Assembly (NCBI GenBank): GCA_965214705.1
Contig: CBDCCI010000002.1
Span: forward strand, 1,792,001 to 1,856,000
Direction of reading: 5' to 3'
Source: Alphaproteobacteria bacterium
GTDB taxonomy: Bacteria; Pseudomonadota; Alphaproteobacteria; UBA828
Length of the DNA: 64,000 bases
In this document: positions 19,585 to 29,857 of the stretch, piece after piece
Numbering within the stretch: the first letter of the stretch is position 1
Layout: each line of letters starts with the position of its first letter
The notes under the pieces: model-generated
Told to the model about the DNA's origin: nothing
Databases searched by the model: none
The model's input: the letters and a program-made list of their open reading frames with translations, nothing else
Position numbers and translations under genes: made by a program

Positions 19585-20772
19585 GTGTACAAGGGCATGT
19601 ACGCGTACCCCTGGGACCTGGTGGACGAGGGGATCGGTGTCGCAACGGGCCGGATGCGCGACTGCGGCATCAACACGGTCACCCTCGCTGCGAGCTACCA
19701 TGCCGGCAAGTTCCTGCGCCCCCACTCCCCGGCGGGGAAGGTCTACTTTCCCGAAGACGGCACCGTCTACGTGCGACCGCGCGCCGGGCGCTACGGCGCC
19801 ATCAAGCCGATCCAGAGCAAACTCGCCGGCGAGCGCGACGTCTTCGCCGAGCTTGCGGCGGAGGCGCCCGACATGGGGCGCGTCGCCTGGACCGTGTGCC
19901 TGCACAACACGCCGCTCGGCATGCGCCACCCGGAGCTCACGGTGCGCAACTGCTACGGCGATTCCTACGTCTACAGCCTGTGCCCGGCTTACGAGGAGGT
20001 GCGCCGCTACGTTGTGACGCTCTTCGTCGACATGGCCGAGCGCTACGAGCTCGACGGACTGGCGCTGGAGACCCCCGGATTTCTGCCCTTTGATCACGGC
20101 TTCCACCACGAGTTCTTCCTGCTGCCGATGAACCGCTGGGCCGGCTGGCTACTCGGGCTCTGCTTCTCCGAGGGCACCATCGCCGCGGCTGAGGCGCGTG
20201 GGATCGATGCCGAGCGGCTGCGCTGGCAGGCGTGCGCGGCGCTCGACGGGTTCTTCGCGCGGCCGGAGCCGGTGCCGGACCTCATCGCCGCCGAGTGGTG
20301 GATCGCGGACCTAATCGCGGATCCCGAGTGGGCGGTATTCCTGAGCTGGCGCTGCCAGCTGGTGGCGGACCTGGTGGCCGAGGTCCGTGCGGCGCTGCCG
20401 GAGGAAACTTCGCTCGCGGTGATCCCGACCGTGCAGCGGCCGACGGCGGCGGCCTGGTCGGAAGGGACCGATCTGCGCCTGCTGGCCGAGGCGGCGGATA
20501 CGCTGGAGGTCCCGGCCTATGAGGCGAGCGCGGCGGCCGTCGCATTGGACGCCGGTGACGTGCGCCGCCGGGCGGGCGCGGGAGCGCGGATCAGTTACAT
20601 CCTGCGCCCGGCTCACCCCGACCTCGCGAACGGGGCGGAGACCGCTGCCGCCGTGCGTGGGCTCAAGGCAGGCGGGCTTCAAGGAATCGCGTTCTACAAC
20701 TACGGCCACGTCGCGCTCAGCGCGCTCGAGCGGGTGCGCGAAGCGCTGGCCGTGCTGGAGGAGGCGACATGA
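19585..20772 (+). CDS. Conserved hypothetical protein, possible glycoside-hydrolase-like TIM barrel
   Basis: Long GC3-rich ORF with YPWD, AASYH, LCP, LDGLALE and FYNYG. The fold is inferred only. Confidence 0.6.
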   Translation: MYKGMYAYPWDLVDEGIGVATGRMRDCGINTVTLAASYHAGKFLRPHSPAGKVYFPEDGTVYVRPRAGRYGAIKPIQSKLAGERDVFAELAAEAPDMGRVAWTVCLHNTPLGMRHPELTVRNCYGDSYVYSLCPAYEEVRRYVVTLFVDMAERYELDGLALETPGFLPFDHGFHHEFFLLPMNRWAGWLLGLCFSEGTIAAAEARGIDAERLRWQACAALDGFFARPEPVPDLIAAEWWIADLIADPEWAVFLSWRCQLVADLVAEVRAALPEETSLAVIPTVQRPTAAAWSEGTDLRLLAEAADTLEVPAYEASAAAVALDAGDVRRRAGAGARISYILRPAHPDLANGAETAAAVRGLKAGGLQGIAFYNYGHVALSALERVREALAVLEEAT

Positions 20773-21560
20773 TGCGCTTCGAGGGGAAGGCGGCGTTGGT
20801 GACCGGCGGGGGCGGCGGCATCGGCAGCGCCATCGCGCTGCGGCTGGCGGAGGAGGGCGCCGCGGTCGGCGTGCTCGACCGGCGGGGCGACGCGGCGAAG
20901 GCTGTAGCCGCGCAGGTGGAGGCGGCGGGAGGGCGCGCGCTGGCGCTCACGGCCGAGATAACGGACCCCGATTCGGTCGCCGCCGCATTGGCACAGATGA
21001 CCGACGCCATCGGCGCGCCGGACGTGCTGATCAACAACGCGGCCTGGGCGCTCAAGGGCGATCTGGAAAGCACCGACCTCGCCGACTGGCGGGCGGAGGT
21101 CGGGATCGACCTGGACGGCCAGTTCGTCTGCGCCAAGGCCGTGCTGCCCGGCATGGTCGCGCGTGGCGCCGGCGCCATTGTCAACATCGGTTCGGTGAAC
21201 GGCCTGATGGCGCTCGGCAACCCCGCCTACAGCGCCGCCAAGGCCGGGCTGCTCAGCTTCACCCGCTCGCTTGCGGTGGAATACGGTTCCAAGGGCATCC
21301 GCGCCAACATGGTCTCGCCCGGCACGGTGGAAACGGATATCGAGACCTGGCGTATCCGGCGCGAGAAAAATCCTGGAATTTTCGATCAGCTTGCGCGCTG
21401 GTATCCCGTCGGGCGCGTGGGCCAGCCGGAGGATATCGCCGCAGCCGTGGCCTTCGTCGCGGCCGACGAAGCGGGCTTCGTCAATGGCGCCAACCTGGTG
21501 GTCGACGGTGGCCTGACCGCCGGGCTTCCGGTGATGATTGAGGAGCTGATCCTGGAATAG
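20769..21560 (+). CDS. SDR-family oxidoreductase
   Basis: TGGGGGIG, NNA and YSAAK; ATGA overlap with the upstream gene. Confidence 0.93.
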   Translation: MMRFEGKAALVTGGGGGIGSAIALRLAEEGAAVGVLDRRGDAAKAVAAQVEAAGGRALALTAEITDPDSVAAALAQMTDAIGAPDVLINNAAWALKGDLESTDLADWRAEVGIDLDGQFVCAKAVLPGMVARGAGAIVNIGSVNGLMALGNPAYSAAKAGLLSFTRSLAVEYGSKGIRANMVSPGTVETDIETWRIRREKNPGIFDQLARWYPVGRVGQPEDIAAAVAFVAADEAGFVNGANLVVDGGLTAGLPVMIEELILE

Positions 21561-21669
21561 ACGCATCCCCAACCGACCTTTCCCTCGCTGCACAAACAGG
21601 CTCCCTTGCTCAGGCTTCCGGCCTGCCCTACTAGTGGACGGAGGCATTCAATTCGTGAGGTGGATATCC

Positions 21670-22077
21670 ATGTCCGAGACGCTCTCTGGTGGCTGCCTCT
21701 GCGGCGACGTGCGCTACCAGGTCCAAGGCGAGCCGGTGTACGTCTTCCATTGCCATTGCTCGATGTGCCGCCGGGCGGGTGGCACTGCGTTCCAGACATG
21801 GGCGGGCTTCGGAGACGATGCCCTCACGGTTACGCAGGGAACGACGGAACGCTACAAATCGTCGTCGTTTGCGACCCGGCGTTTCTGCGGACGCTGTGGG
21901 GGACAGTTATTCTACAATTACACCTCGGGGCAGAGCCCGTCGGTGTGGGTCACGGTGGGAACGCTTGACCACCCGGAGTCGATGACACCCCAACGCCACG
22001 TATTTGAGGGGGACCGCGTGCCGTGGGTGCACATGGAAGACGGGCTGCCAAGGACCGAAGGGGACCCGGAACTCTAG
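21670..22077 (+). CDS. GFA (CENP-V) family protein
   Basis: GGCLCG, CHCSMCRR and RRFCGRCG. Confidence 0.9.
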   Translation: MSETLSGGCLCGDVRYQVQGEPVYVFHCHCSMCRRAGGTAFQTWAGFGDDALTVTQGTTERYKSSSFATRRFCGRCGGQLFYNYTSGQSPSVWVTVGTLDHPESMTPQRHVFEGDRVPWVHMEDGLPRTEGDPEL

Positions 22078-22110
22078 CGGGCGGCGCGGTCAGAAACGGC
22101 GGCGGACGTA

Positions 22111-23142
22111 GTGCAAGACTTTCTCGATTCGACCGACTTGATGGGCAATGGGCCGGCGCTGGCCGAACGGCTCAGGCGCGACGGCTATCTCTTCCTGCGC
22201 GGATTATTGCCTCGCGAGGCCGTGCTCGCGGTTCGCCGACGCCTTTTGGAAAAAGCGGCGGCGGGGGGCTGGCTCGACCCGGCGCACTCGATCGAGGAGG
22301 GCATTGCCAACCCGGATGCGGCCTGCAAGGACCCCGAGGAACGCTACATGGCGGTGTTCCGCGGCATCTGGGCCGACGAGGCGCTGCACCGGCTCCGGAC
22401 CCATCCGGCAGTGCTGGCGCTCTTCGAAGGCATCTTCGGCGAGCCCGCGCTCGCGCATCCCATGTTCGTCCAGCGCAACATCTTCCCGCAAAGCGAGAGC
22501 TTCGACTTCACCACGGGCGAGCATCAGGACAAGGTCCATATCGGCGGCGCAACCAATCACGCGATGTGGGTCCCGTTGGGCGATTGCCCGAGAGAGAAGG
22601 GGTCGCTGGCGGTCGCGGCCGGTTCGCACCTGGCGGGCGTGCTGGACACGAAGGTCGGCAGCGGTGCCGGTGGCATGGACATCTGTGTGCCGATCCCTGG
22701 TCGATGGGTGAGCGGCTCCTTCGAGGCAGGAGATGTGCTGATTTTTTCGGATACCACCGTGCATCGCGCGCTGCCCAATCGCTCGGCTGAGTTGCGGCAG
22801 TCCTTCGATGCCCGTTACCAGCCCGCAAGCCAGCCTGTAGCCGAGACCAACATGGTCCCGTATTCCGGTTGTGGGACCTGGGAAGAGGTCTATACGGGCT
22901 GGTCCTCCGACGACGAGAAGTATTACTGGACGGCGCTCTCCCCCCATGTCGTGCCGCTCGACCGCAGCTATTACGAGCGTCGTGACCAGATGGCGTTCGA
23001 GATGGCGGAGAGCGGCGACATCACGGCGCGCGATACGCTGCTGCGCATCGCCCAGCGCGATCCGAACGAGGAGAAGCGGCAGCGCGCGGAACACCTGCTG
23101 CGCCGTCTCGACGAAAAGGAAATCCCCGCCATCTCAGCGTGA
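22111..23142 (+). CDS. PhyH-family Fe(II)/2-oxoglutarate dioxygenase
   Basis: DGYLFLRG, HQD, WVPLGD, GSH, GDVLIF...VH and R.S.D.RYQ. Confidence 0.88.
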   Translation: MQDFLDSTDLMGNGPALAERLRRDGYLFLRGLLPREAVLAVRRRLLEKAAAGGWLDPAHSIEEGIANPDAACKDPEERYMAVFRGIWADEALHRLRTHPAVLALFEGIFGEPALAHPMFVQRNIFPQSESFDFTTGEHQDKVHIGGATNHAMWVPLGDCPREKGSLAVAAGSHLAGVLDTKVGSGAGGMDICVPIPGRWVSGSFEAGDVLIFSDTTVHRALPNRSAELRQSFDARYQPASQPVAETNMVPYSGCGTWEEVYTGWSSDDEKYYWTALSPHVVPLDRSYYERRDQMAFEMAESGDITARDTLLRIAQRDPNEEKRQRAEHLLRRLDEKEIPAISA

Positions 23143-23184
23143 TGGCGGGGATTCCTAACTCGAGAACTTTACTGTGATAGCGGC

Positions 23185-25188
23185 CTATTCGGCGGCTTGG
23201 TCGAGCTCCGCGATGGCGTCGTTCCAGTGGGCGGCCGAGCGCTTCTTCATCATCGTGCGGAACTCGGCGGTGGTCTTGGGGAAGTACTCGCCGGTGCCCC
23301 AGTCCACGATGACGCCGTAGCGGCGCACCATGTCGAACTCGTCGAGCTCGCCATTGCGGTAGCGCTCGGCGACGGTAGCGCCGTCCTCCTCGAGCCAACT
23401 GCGCCGGGCCTTGGCGATGGCCGCACGCTCGGTGCGCGTGGCCTCGACGTCCACCTCGTAGCTCGCGAGGTCCAGATCGATGACCTTGAGCACGACGCCG
23501 TAGTCCTTGCGCGCGCGCTCGATCGAGACGTAGTCGTCCTCCACGTCGCGCATCACCAGGGCCGGGTCGCGCTCGAGTGGGTCGCCCAGGCCGCCGCCGC
23601 CGGCGGTGGGCCGCGAGAAGATGTCGCCGGACTCGATGGGTACGTCAGAGAAGATCGAGCCGAGCCACTCGCGCTCGTTCTTGCCCTTGCGCTGGATGTA
23701 GAGGCCGTGGGGCATGGACGGCAGGCCGCCCTTGATGCCCCAGACGATCGCGCGCTCGCGGTCGCAGATGTAGGAGATGACGGTGCTCTCGGCGTCTTGC
23801 AGCGTGCTGGTCTTGACCACGCCGGCGCCGCCCCGCCACTTGCCGGGGCCGGGGGAATCCGTGTTGATCTGGTACTCGTTGGCGATGATCGGGCAGAGCC
23901 GCTCCTGGCCCTCCACCGGTTGGGTCATCAGGCCGGTGCCGAAGCAGGCGGTGGTGACGTTGCAGCCGTCCTTGCCGTTGCGCCCGCCCCAGCCGCCGGG
24001 CAGCCAGTCGTAGAACATGAAGATGTTGCGGTCCTCGGTGCGCAGGTCGCGGCCGCCGGTGAGCAGGTATTCCAGGTTGAAGGCGCAGGCGATGGCGCGC
24101 TCGGGCATGATGTCGGACCAGATCTCGTAGATCGAGTTCATGATCTTCTCGAACGGCATCAGGAAGCCCGTCACCGCGACCGGCCACTTGGCGTCAACGA
24201 TGGAGTTCTCGGGCGCGATCACGTTGATCGGCCGGTAGAAGCCGGAATTGAGCGGGAGATCGGGGAAGTAGGTCTTCATGCCGGCGACCACGGCGGAGAA
24301 GGTGCCGCCGAAGGCCGAGTTGTAGAGCGTGCTGATGGTGTCGTGGCTGCCGGTGAAGTCGTAGGTGACCTCGTCGCCCTTGATGGTGAGCTTCACCTTG
24401 ATCGGGATCATGCCCTCGCCGAGGGCCGGGTCGCGGTCGATGTAGTCGACGTTCTCCCAGGTGCCGTCGGGGAGCTCGGAGATGCGCTGGCGGGTGGCGA
24501 GCTCGACGTAGTCCTGCACCTCCTTGCAGCCGGTGACAACGGTGTCCTTGCCGTACTTCTCCACCAGCCGCAGGATTTCGCGCTCGGCGACGCGGGTGGC
24601 CTCGGCCTGCGCGTTCATGTCGCCGATGATGGATTCCGGATCGCGGGTGTTGGCGGCGATCATCTCGGCGAAGTCGTGGCGCCACTTGCCCGCATCGATG
24701 AGTCGGGTGGGGGTGATGCGGATGCCCTCGCGGAACATCTCCTTGGCGAGCACGTCGAAGGAGCCGGGCGTGGAGCCGCCGACATCGGACCAGTGACCGT
24801 TGGACTGGGCGAAGGCGATGATCTCGTCGCCCACGAACACCGGGCGGATGATGCGCACGTCGTTAAAGTGGGTGCCGCCGGCGTAGGGGTCGTTGGTCAT
24901 GAACACGTCGCCCGGCCGCATGTCGTCCTTGAAGGTGTCGATGACCGCCTTGCAGGTGTAGTGCAGCGTGCCGACGTGGACCGCGATGTCCATGTTGCCC
25001 TGGGCGATGGAATCGCCGTTGGCGTCGTTCAGCGCGGAGGAAAAGTCGCGGTTGTAGATGACGAAGGAATAGCAGGTCCGGAGGATCTGCTCCGCCATCT
25101 GATCGACGGTCGTGATGAACGAGTTCTTCAGGACCTCGAAGGTGACGGGATCGAGCGTGATGCCGCTGCCGTTCTTGCTCATCTTCAT
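23185..25188 (-). CDS. Hydantoinase B / oxoprolinase-family subunit
   Basis: LDPVTFEV, NDPYAGGTHFND, HWSDVGG and GGGGLGDPLERD; ATGA-coupled to subunit A. Confidence 0.93.
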   Translation of the reverse strand: MKMSKNGSGITLDPVTFEVLKNSFITTVDQMAEQILRTCYSFVIYNRDFSSALNDANGDSIAQGNMDIAVHVGTLHYTCKAVIDTFKDDMRPGDVFMTNDPYAGGTHFNDVRIIRPVFVGDEIIAFAQSNGHWSDVGGSTPGSFDVLAKEMFREGIRITPTRLIDAGKWRHDFAEMIAANTRDPESIIGDMNAQAEATRVAEREILRLVEKYGKDTVVTGCKEVQDYVELATRQRISELPDGTWENVDYIDRDPALGEGMIPIKVKLTIKGDEVTYDFTGSHDTISTLYNSAFGGTFSAVVAGMKTYFPDLPLNSGFYRPINVIAPENSIVDAKWPVAVTGFLMPFEKIMNSIYEIWSDIMPERAIACAFNLEYLLTGGRDLRTEDRNIFMFYDWLPGGWGGRNGKDGCNVTTACFGTGLMTQPVEGQERLCPIIANEYQINTDSPGPGKWRGGAGVVKTSTLQDAESTVISYICDRERAIVWGIKGGLPSMPHGLYIQRKGKNEREWLGSIFSDVPIESGDIFSRPTAGGGGLGDPLERDPALVMRDVEDDYVSIERARKDYGVVLKVIDLDLASYEVDVEATRTERAAIAKARRSWLEEDGATVAERYRNGELDEFDMVRRYGVIVDWGTGEYFPKTTAEFRTMMKKRSAAHWNDAIAELDQAAE

Positions 25189-27221
25189 GCCTCCGCTACG
25201 TGGATTCGAATGTTGAGCCATTCGTCCACTTCTGCGCGTACGCCGGGCGGGATGACGGTCGTCGAATCGAGCTGCTCGACGATGGCCGGCCCCTCGATGG
25301 TCACACCCGCCGGAAGCCCTTCGTGGGAGTATATCGGGGTCTCGAGGGCGCCCTCAACCTCGTCGAAATCGACCATGCGCGAGGAGTCCGCCACGGCCTT
25401 GGCTCCGTTCGCCGTATGGCTCATCAGCTCGGCCTTGGGCACCGTGCCGATGGCCGTGACGCTGAGGCGGAAAAGCTCGACCGGCGTGTCGTCGCGGCGG
25501 AAGGCGTATTCGCGGTCGTGGTCCGCGTGGAAGGCGGCGACCGCCTCGGGCACCGACGTGAAGGGCGAGGCCACCGGCACCTGGAGCGAGCGCCACTGGC
25601 CCTGGTACATCATGTCGATGCTGCGCTGCAGGACCATGTCGGCCTCCGCAACGCCTTCCTTCACCAGCCGGCGGTGCGCCTCCGCCTCCATCTCACCGAA
25701 GCGGGCCTCGATATCGGCCGGGTCGGCCTCGGCGGCGAGCGCGAGGTACGTCTGCGAGAGGTCGTGGCGCACGTCCACGAGCAGACAGCCCAGCGCCGAG
25801 GTGACGCCCGGATTGGGCGGCACGATCACGGTCGGGATGGAGAGTTCCTTGGCAAGCGCCACGCCGTGCAGTGCGCCCGCGCCACCGAAGGCGACGAGCG
25901 CGAAGTCGCGCGGATCGTAGCCCCGGCTGATGGAGATGAGCCTGACGGCGTCCGCCATGTTGGCGTTGGCGACGCTGACGATGGCCTTGGCGGCGGTGAC
26001 GGGGTCCATGCCGAGCGGCTCGGCGACGGCGGTGCGCACGGCTTCTTCCGAGGCCGTCTTGTCGAGCTCGATCTGCCCACCCGCGAGCGAGGTGCCGAGC
26101 CGGCCGAGGGCCAGGTTCGCATCGGTGTTGGTGGGCGTGGTGTTGCCGCGCCCGTAGCAGGCCGGGCCGGGATCGGCGCCCGCCGACTGCGGCCCGTTGT
26201 GCAGCGAGCCGGCATCGTCGATCCAGGCGAGTGAGCCGCCGCCCGCGCCGATGGTCAGCACCTCGATGCTGGGGAAGCGGATCGGGTAGCCGAACTCGAT
26301 GTGCCAGTCCTTGGTGACGCGGGATTCGCCGCCGAAGACCAGCGAGACGTCGCAGCTGGTGCCGCCCATGTCCAGGCCGATGGAGTTCTCGTAACCGCAG
26401 AGCATGGCGATGTGGCGGCTCGCGATGGCGCCGGCGGCGATGCCGGAGCCGGCGAGGCGGCCCGCGAACTGGCCGGCAGTCGCGGGCGTCATCACGCCGC
26501 CGCCTGAGTGCAGCATCAAGAGGTCGCTGGCGTAGCCGCCCTGCTGCAGCGCGTCGTTCATGCGCTTCACGTAGCCGCCGACGACCGGGCTCAGGATCGC
26601 GTTCACGACGGTGGTGGAGAAGCGCTCGTGCTCGAAGATCTCGGGCAGGGTCTCGGAGGACGTGGTGATCTCCACGCCCGGCAGCTCCTCCTGCAGGATC
26701 TCCTTCATGCGCGCTTCGTGCTGCGGGTTGATGAAGGAGTTCATGAAGCAGACGGCGACGGCCTCCACGCCGCGCTTGCGCAGGATTCTGGCTTTCTCGC
26801 GCGCGTCCGTCTCGTCCAGCGGGGTGGCGACCCTACCGCCGTGATCGATGCGCTCGCGCACGGTGAGCCGGTCGCGGCGCCGGATATAGGGCTGGGCCAC
26901 GTCGTTGTAGGTGTCCCAGAGGTCCTCCTTGTTGGAGCGCCTGATCTCGATCACGTCGCGATAGCCCTCGGTGCAGATCATCGCGGCGGGCGGCAGCCGG
27001 CGCGTGATGAGCGCGTTGGTGGCGACGGTGGTGCCGTGGGAGAAGAGGGTCACGTCCTTGAGCGAGACGCTCGCCTCGTCCAGCCCGCGCATGGCACCGA
27101 TCAAGGGGTCGTCGGGCGTCGATGCCGTCTTCGCGACCCTGAGCGCGCCTGAGTCCTCGTCGAGAATACAGATATCGGTGAACGTGCCGCCGATATCGAC
27201 CGCTACCCTGAGCTTCGTCAC
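25185..27221 (-). CDS. Hydantoinase A / oxoprolinase-family ATP-binding subunit
   Basis: DIGGTFTD, HGTTVATN, DMGGTS, IGAGGGS and FGGAGALH; GTG start after GGAGG. Confidence 0.93.
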   Translation of the reverse strand: MTKLRVAVDIGGTFTDICILDEDSGALRVAKTASTPDDPLIGAMRGLDEASVSLKDVTLFSHGTTVATNALITRRLPPAAMICTEGYRDVIEIRRSNKEDLWDTYNDVAQPYIRRRDRLTVRERIDHGGRVATPLDETDAREKARILRKRGVEAVAVCFMNSFINPQHEARMKEILQEELPGVEITTSSETLPEIFEHERFSTTVVNAILSPVVGGYVKRMNDALQQGGYASDLLMLHSGGGVMTPATAGQFAGRLAGSGIAAGAIASRHIAMLCGYENSIGLDMGGTSCDVSLVFGGESRVTKDWHIEFGYPIRFPSIEVLTIGAGGGSLAWIDDAGSLHNGPQSAGADPGPACYGRGNTTPTNTDANLALGRLGTSLAGGQIELDKTASEEAVRTAVAEPLGMDPVTAAKAIVSVANANMADAVRLISISRGYDPRDFALVAFGGAGALHGVALAKELSIPTVIVPPNPGVTSALGCLLVDVRHDLSQTYLALAAEADPADIEARFGEMEAEAHRRLVKEGVAEADMVLQRSIDMMYQGQWRSLQVPVASPFTSVPEAVAAFHADHDREYAFRRDDTPVELFRLSVTAIGTVPKAELMSHTANGAKAVADSSRMVDFDEVEGALETPIYSHEGLPAGVTIEGPAIVEQLDSTTVIPPGVRAEVDEWLNIRIHVAEA

Positions 27222-27303
27222 GAAGTCCTCCCTTCCGCGCTCTACCTGTTGTCGCCGCCGCGCCGGGGGCGCCGCGGCCTCCCTGTCTCCTTTGGCCCCG
27301 GCC

Positions 27304-28023
27304 TTACCCCGTCGCAGATGCCTTGCTGTCGCGAAGGTCGAGCTCCGGCGGCAGAACGGTCCGCTCGTCGAGGATTGCCGCCTCCAGTTGCGCCGGCGTG
27401 AGGTTGCGCACCTCGCCCAGGTCGGCGCCGGAGAGATCGGCGTCCGCGAGAGCCACGCCACCAAAATAGGCGCTCCTCAGCGACGCATTGCGAAAGCTGG
27501 TGCCGGGGAACTCGGCGCCCACCAGCATGGCGCCTTCCAGGTTCGCCTGCTCGAAGCTGGCACGACCCGCCCAGGTGCCGTGCAGATCGGCGCGGGTCAG
27601 CGTCGCGTGCTCCAGGTGCGCGCGGCCGAGCCAGGCGCGCTGCAGGCTGGCCTCCACCAGTGAGGCGTGCTCCATGCGGGCATCGCCGAGGGCGGCGTCG
27701 GAGAGATCGGTCTTGTCCAGCACCGCGCGCTGCAGCGTGGAGCCGGCGAGGTCGGCGCGGTTCAGGTTGGCGCCCGTGAAGTCGGCTTCCGAGAGATCGG
27801 CGCCCGCGAAGTCGGCTCGGAAGAGGTTGGCGCCCGTGAAGCGCGCGCGGCGCAGGTCCGCACCGGGGAAGCGCACGTCGAAGAGTTCCATGCCGGAGAA
27901 GTCGGCGCGCGCGCCCTCCGCACCGTCGCTCTTGAGCCAGCGCGCGTGGTCCGCGCGCGCCTGCGCGATGGTGTCGAGGTCGGGCCTCTCGCCCGCCGCC
28001 GTGCCCCCAGCGGGGTTCGCCAT
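27304..28023 (-). CDS. Pentapeptide repeat protein
   Basis: A(D/N)LxxA pentapeptide repeats throughout the ORF. Confidence 0.9.
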   Translation of the reverse strand: MANPAGGTAAGERPDLDTIAQARADHARWLKSDGAEGARADFSGMELFDVRFPGADLRRARFTGANLFRADFAGADLSEADFTGANLNRADLAGSTLQRAVLDKTDLSDAALGDARMEHASLVEASLQRAWLGRAHLEHATLTRADLHGTWAGRASFEQANLEGAMLVGAEFPGTSFRNASLRSAYFGGVALADADLSGADLGEVRNLTPAQLEAAILDERTVLPPELDLRDSKASATG

Positions 28024-28172
28024 GGCGCACACTCCCTTGCCCCGCGCAGCCGCGTCCCGGCGCCGCACAGGGTCCCTTCGCCGATGGTGGCTATCCAATA
28101 GCGATAGAAGGCGTTTCGATCAATGGTGAAGGGGAAAGGGGAACCACATGGTTAGATGGATGGACGGGGCGA

Positions 28173-28514
28173 TCACCAAGCCCAGTATTGGTCGCGGAGG
28201 CGCTCAGTCACAGCCTTCTGGGACTCGTCGATCTCGCGGATGTCGGTTTGCTCGCGGGCCATCTCTTCAGCTGCGCTCAAATCGGACTGCACGTCGAGAT
28301 GCTCTGGCGCGTCCGGGGCTGCGAGCCTGAGCGGCGCAGGAGTCTCCGGCGCCTCGATGACGCCGACGGCGCGCAAGGCAATGCCGGGGTTCTGAAGCCG
28401 GGCGTGCAAGGCGGCGCGTGCGGCTTGCGTGTGCCTCTGCCACGCCGCCGCGAGGTGCTGGAGCCCGGCCAGGAACTCGAAGAACGACTGCACCTCGGCT
28501 TTTTGGGGTTGCAC
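28173..28514 (-). CDS. Hypothetical protein
   Basis: GAGGAG ribosome-binding site before a GTG start; 113 aa ending DQYWAW. Confidence 0.55.
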   Translation of the reverse strand: MQPQKAEVQSFFEFLAGLQHLAAAWQRHTQAARAALHARLQNPGIALRAVGVIEAPETPAPLRLAAPDAPEHLDVQSDLSAAEEMAREQTDIREIDESQKAVTERLRDQYWAW

Positions 28515-28592
28515 GACGCACTCCTCTGTCGGTCGGCGTGAGGTCTCGGCTTCGGTCTTCGCGGGCCACCGCGACCCGTAGGTGTCACCAAA

Positions 28593-28624
28593 CCGCAATA
28601 TATAGGGGTGGGGCGGTGCGTCAA
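28593..28624 (-). promoter_or_regulatory. Promoter TTGACG-N16-TATATT overlapped by an NrdR-box-like palindrome
   Basis: CCGCAATATATAGGGG (28593-28608) resembles the NrdR consensus aCaCwAtATaTwGtGt; the -35 element is at 28624-28619. Confidence 0.5.
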
Positions 28625-28692
28625 CCGCTTTCACTGGTATTGCGGCCCAAGGGAAGGGTTCGAGACTGCGGGCCCGGTTTGGTGCGTGTGGT

Positions 28693-29847
28693 CTATCCGG
28701 CGACCGGTGCGCCGGCCAGGCGGTTAGCGGGGACGAGGACGCGGCCTTCCATCAGGCGGCGCGCGGTGCGGATCACGGTGAGGCGGGCGATGCGGGGTGG
28801 GTCGGCGGCGGCGAAATCGACCGCGACCTCGGCGACGCCGGAAGGATGGCCGAGGCGGACGGGGGTCTCGTCGGCCGTGCCGGGGCGGGCGGCCTCGGCG
28901 GCGAGGGTGCCGGGGATGTGCGCGGCCGCGGCCAGCGCGAGCGCGGCGGTGAGCGGCAGCGCCCGGTGCGGACGGCCCATGGAAATTGCCCGCGTCGTGA
29001 GATCGACCGAGTCGGCCGCGAGGCGCGCGCCGCTCAGCGTCGTCGCGTCCGCAGGAGAGGCGACGAAGGCGACCTTGGGTACGCTCTCTGTCTCCGGCGC
29101 GAGCCTCATGGCGGCGGCGCCGGCACGGCGGATCGCCGCCAGCCGCGCGGCCAGGGCGGGGTCGGCTTCGATGACGCCGGGCAGCTCGACCCCGGTCAGG
29201 CCTAGGGCGTCGGCGCGGACGATGACCAAGGCGGTCGATGCGTCGATCAGCGTGGCCTCGATCGGGCCTTCGCCCGGCACATCGAGCATGTCGCGGACGT
29301 GGCCCGTCGGCAGCAGGCAGCCGGTGACGGCGCCGCCCGGCTCCAGGAAGGAGAGGCCGATGGGCGCGCCCTGGCCTGCGACGCCGTCGAGCACCGTCTC
29401 GCCGTCGGTCGCCGCGCGGCCGTTCGCAACCTGGAAACGCGCCTCGATCCGTTGATCCAGATTGCAGTTGTGCAGGGTGAGGGCGGCCTCGCCGTCCGCC
29501 GCCGGCACCAGCCCTTCGTCCACGGCAAACGGCCCGACGGCGGCGCTGAGGTTGCCGCAGTTGCTGCGGTAATCGACGCGTGCCTTCTCCACCGCCACCT
29601 GGCCGAAGAGATAGTCGATATCGACGCCGGGGCGTGTGCTCCGGCTCACCACCACCACCTTGCTGAGCGACGAGATGCCGCCGCCCATGCCGTCGAGCTG
29701 GCGGCCGTAGGGGTCGGGGCTGCCGAGCGCGGCGAGGAAGAGCGCGTCCCATTCGGCGCGCGCTGCCGGCAGGTCGCGGCGGTGGAAGAAGAGACCCTTG
29801 CTGGTGCCGCCCCGCATGAAGACGGCGGGGAGCGCGATCTGGCTCAC
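28693..29847 (-). CDS. PrpF-family isomerase
   Basis: MRGGTSKG, QLDGMGGG.SSLSK, NCGNL and RTARRLM. Confidence 0.92.
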   Translation of the reverse strand: MSQIALPAVFMRGGTSKGLFFHRRDLPAARAEWDALFLAALGSPDPYGRQLDGMGGGISSLSKVVVVSRSTRPGVDIDYLFGQVAVEKARVDYRSNCGNLSAAVGPFAVDEGLVPAADGEAALTLHNCNLDQRIEARFQVANGRAATDGETVLDGVAGQGAPIGLSFLEPGGAVTGCLLPTGHVRDMLDVPGEGPIEATLIDASTALVIVRADALGLTGVELPGVIEADPALAARLAAIRRAGAAAMRLAPETESVPKVAFVASPADATTLSGARLAADSVDLTTRAISMGRPHRALPLTAALALAAAAHIPGTLAAEAARPGTADETPVRLGHPSGVAEVAVDFAAADPPRIARLTVIRTARRLMEGRVLVPANRLAGAPVAG

Positions 29848-29857
29848 GTCGGGCTCG

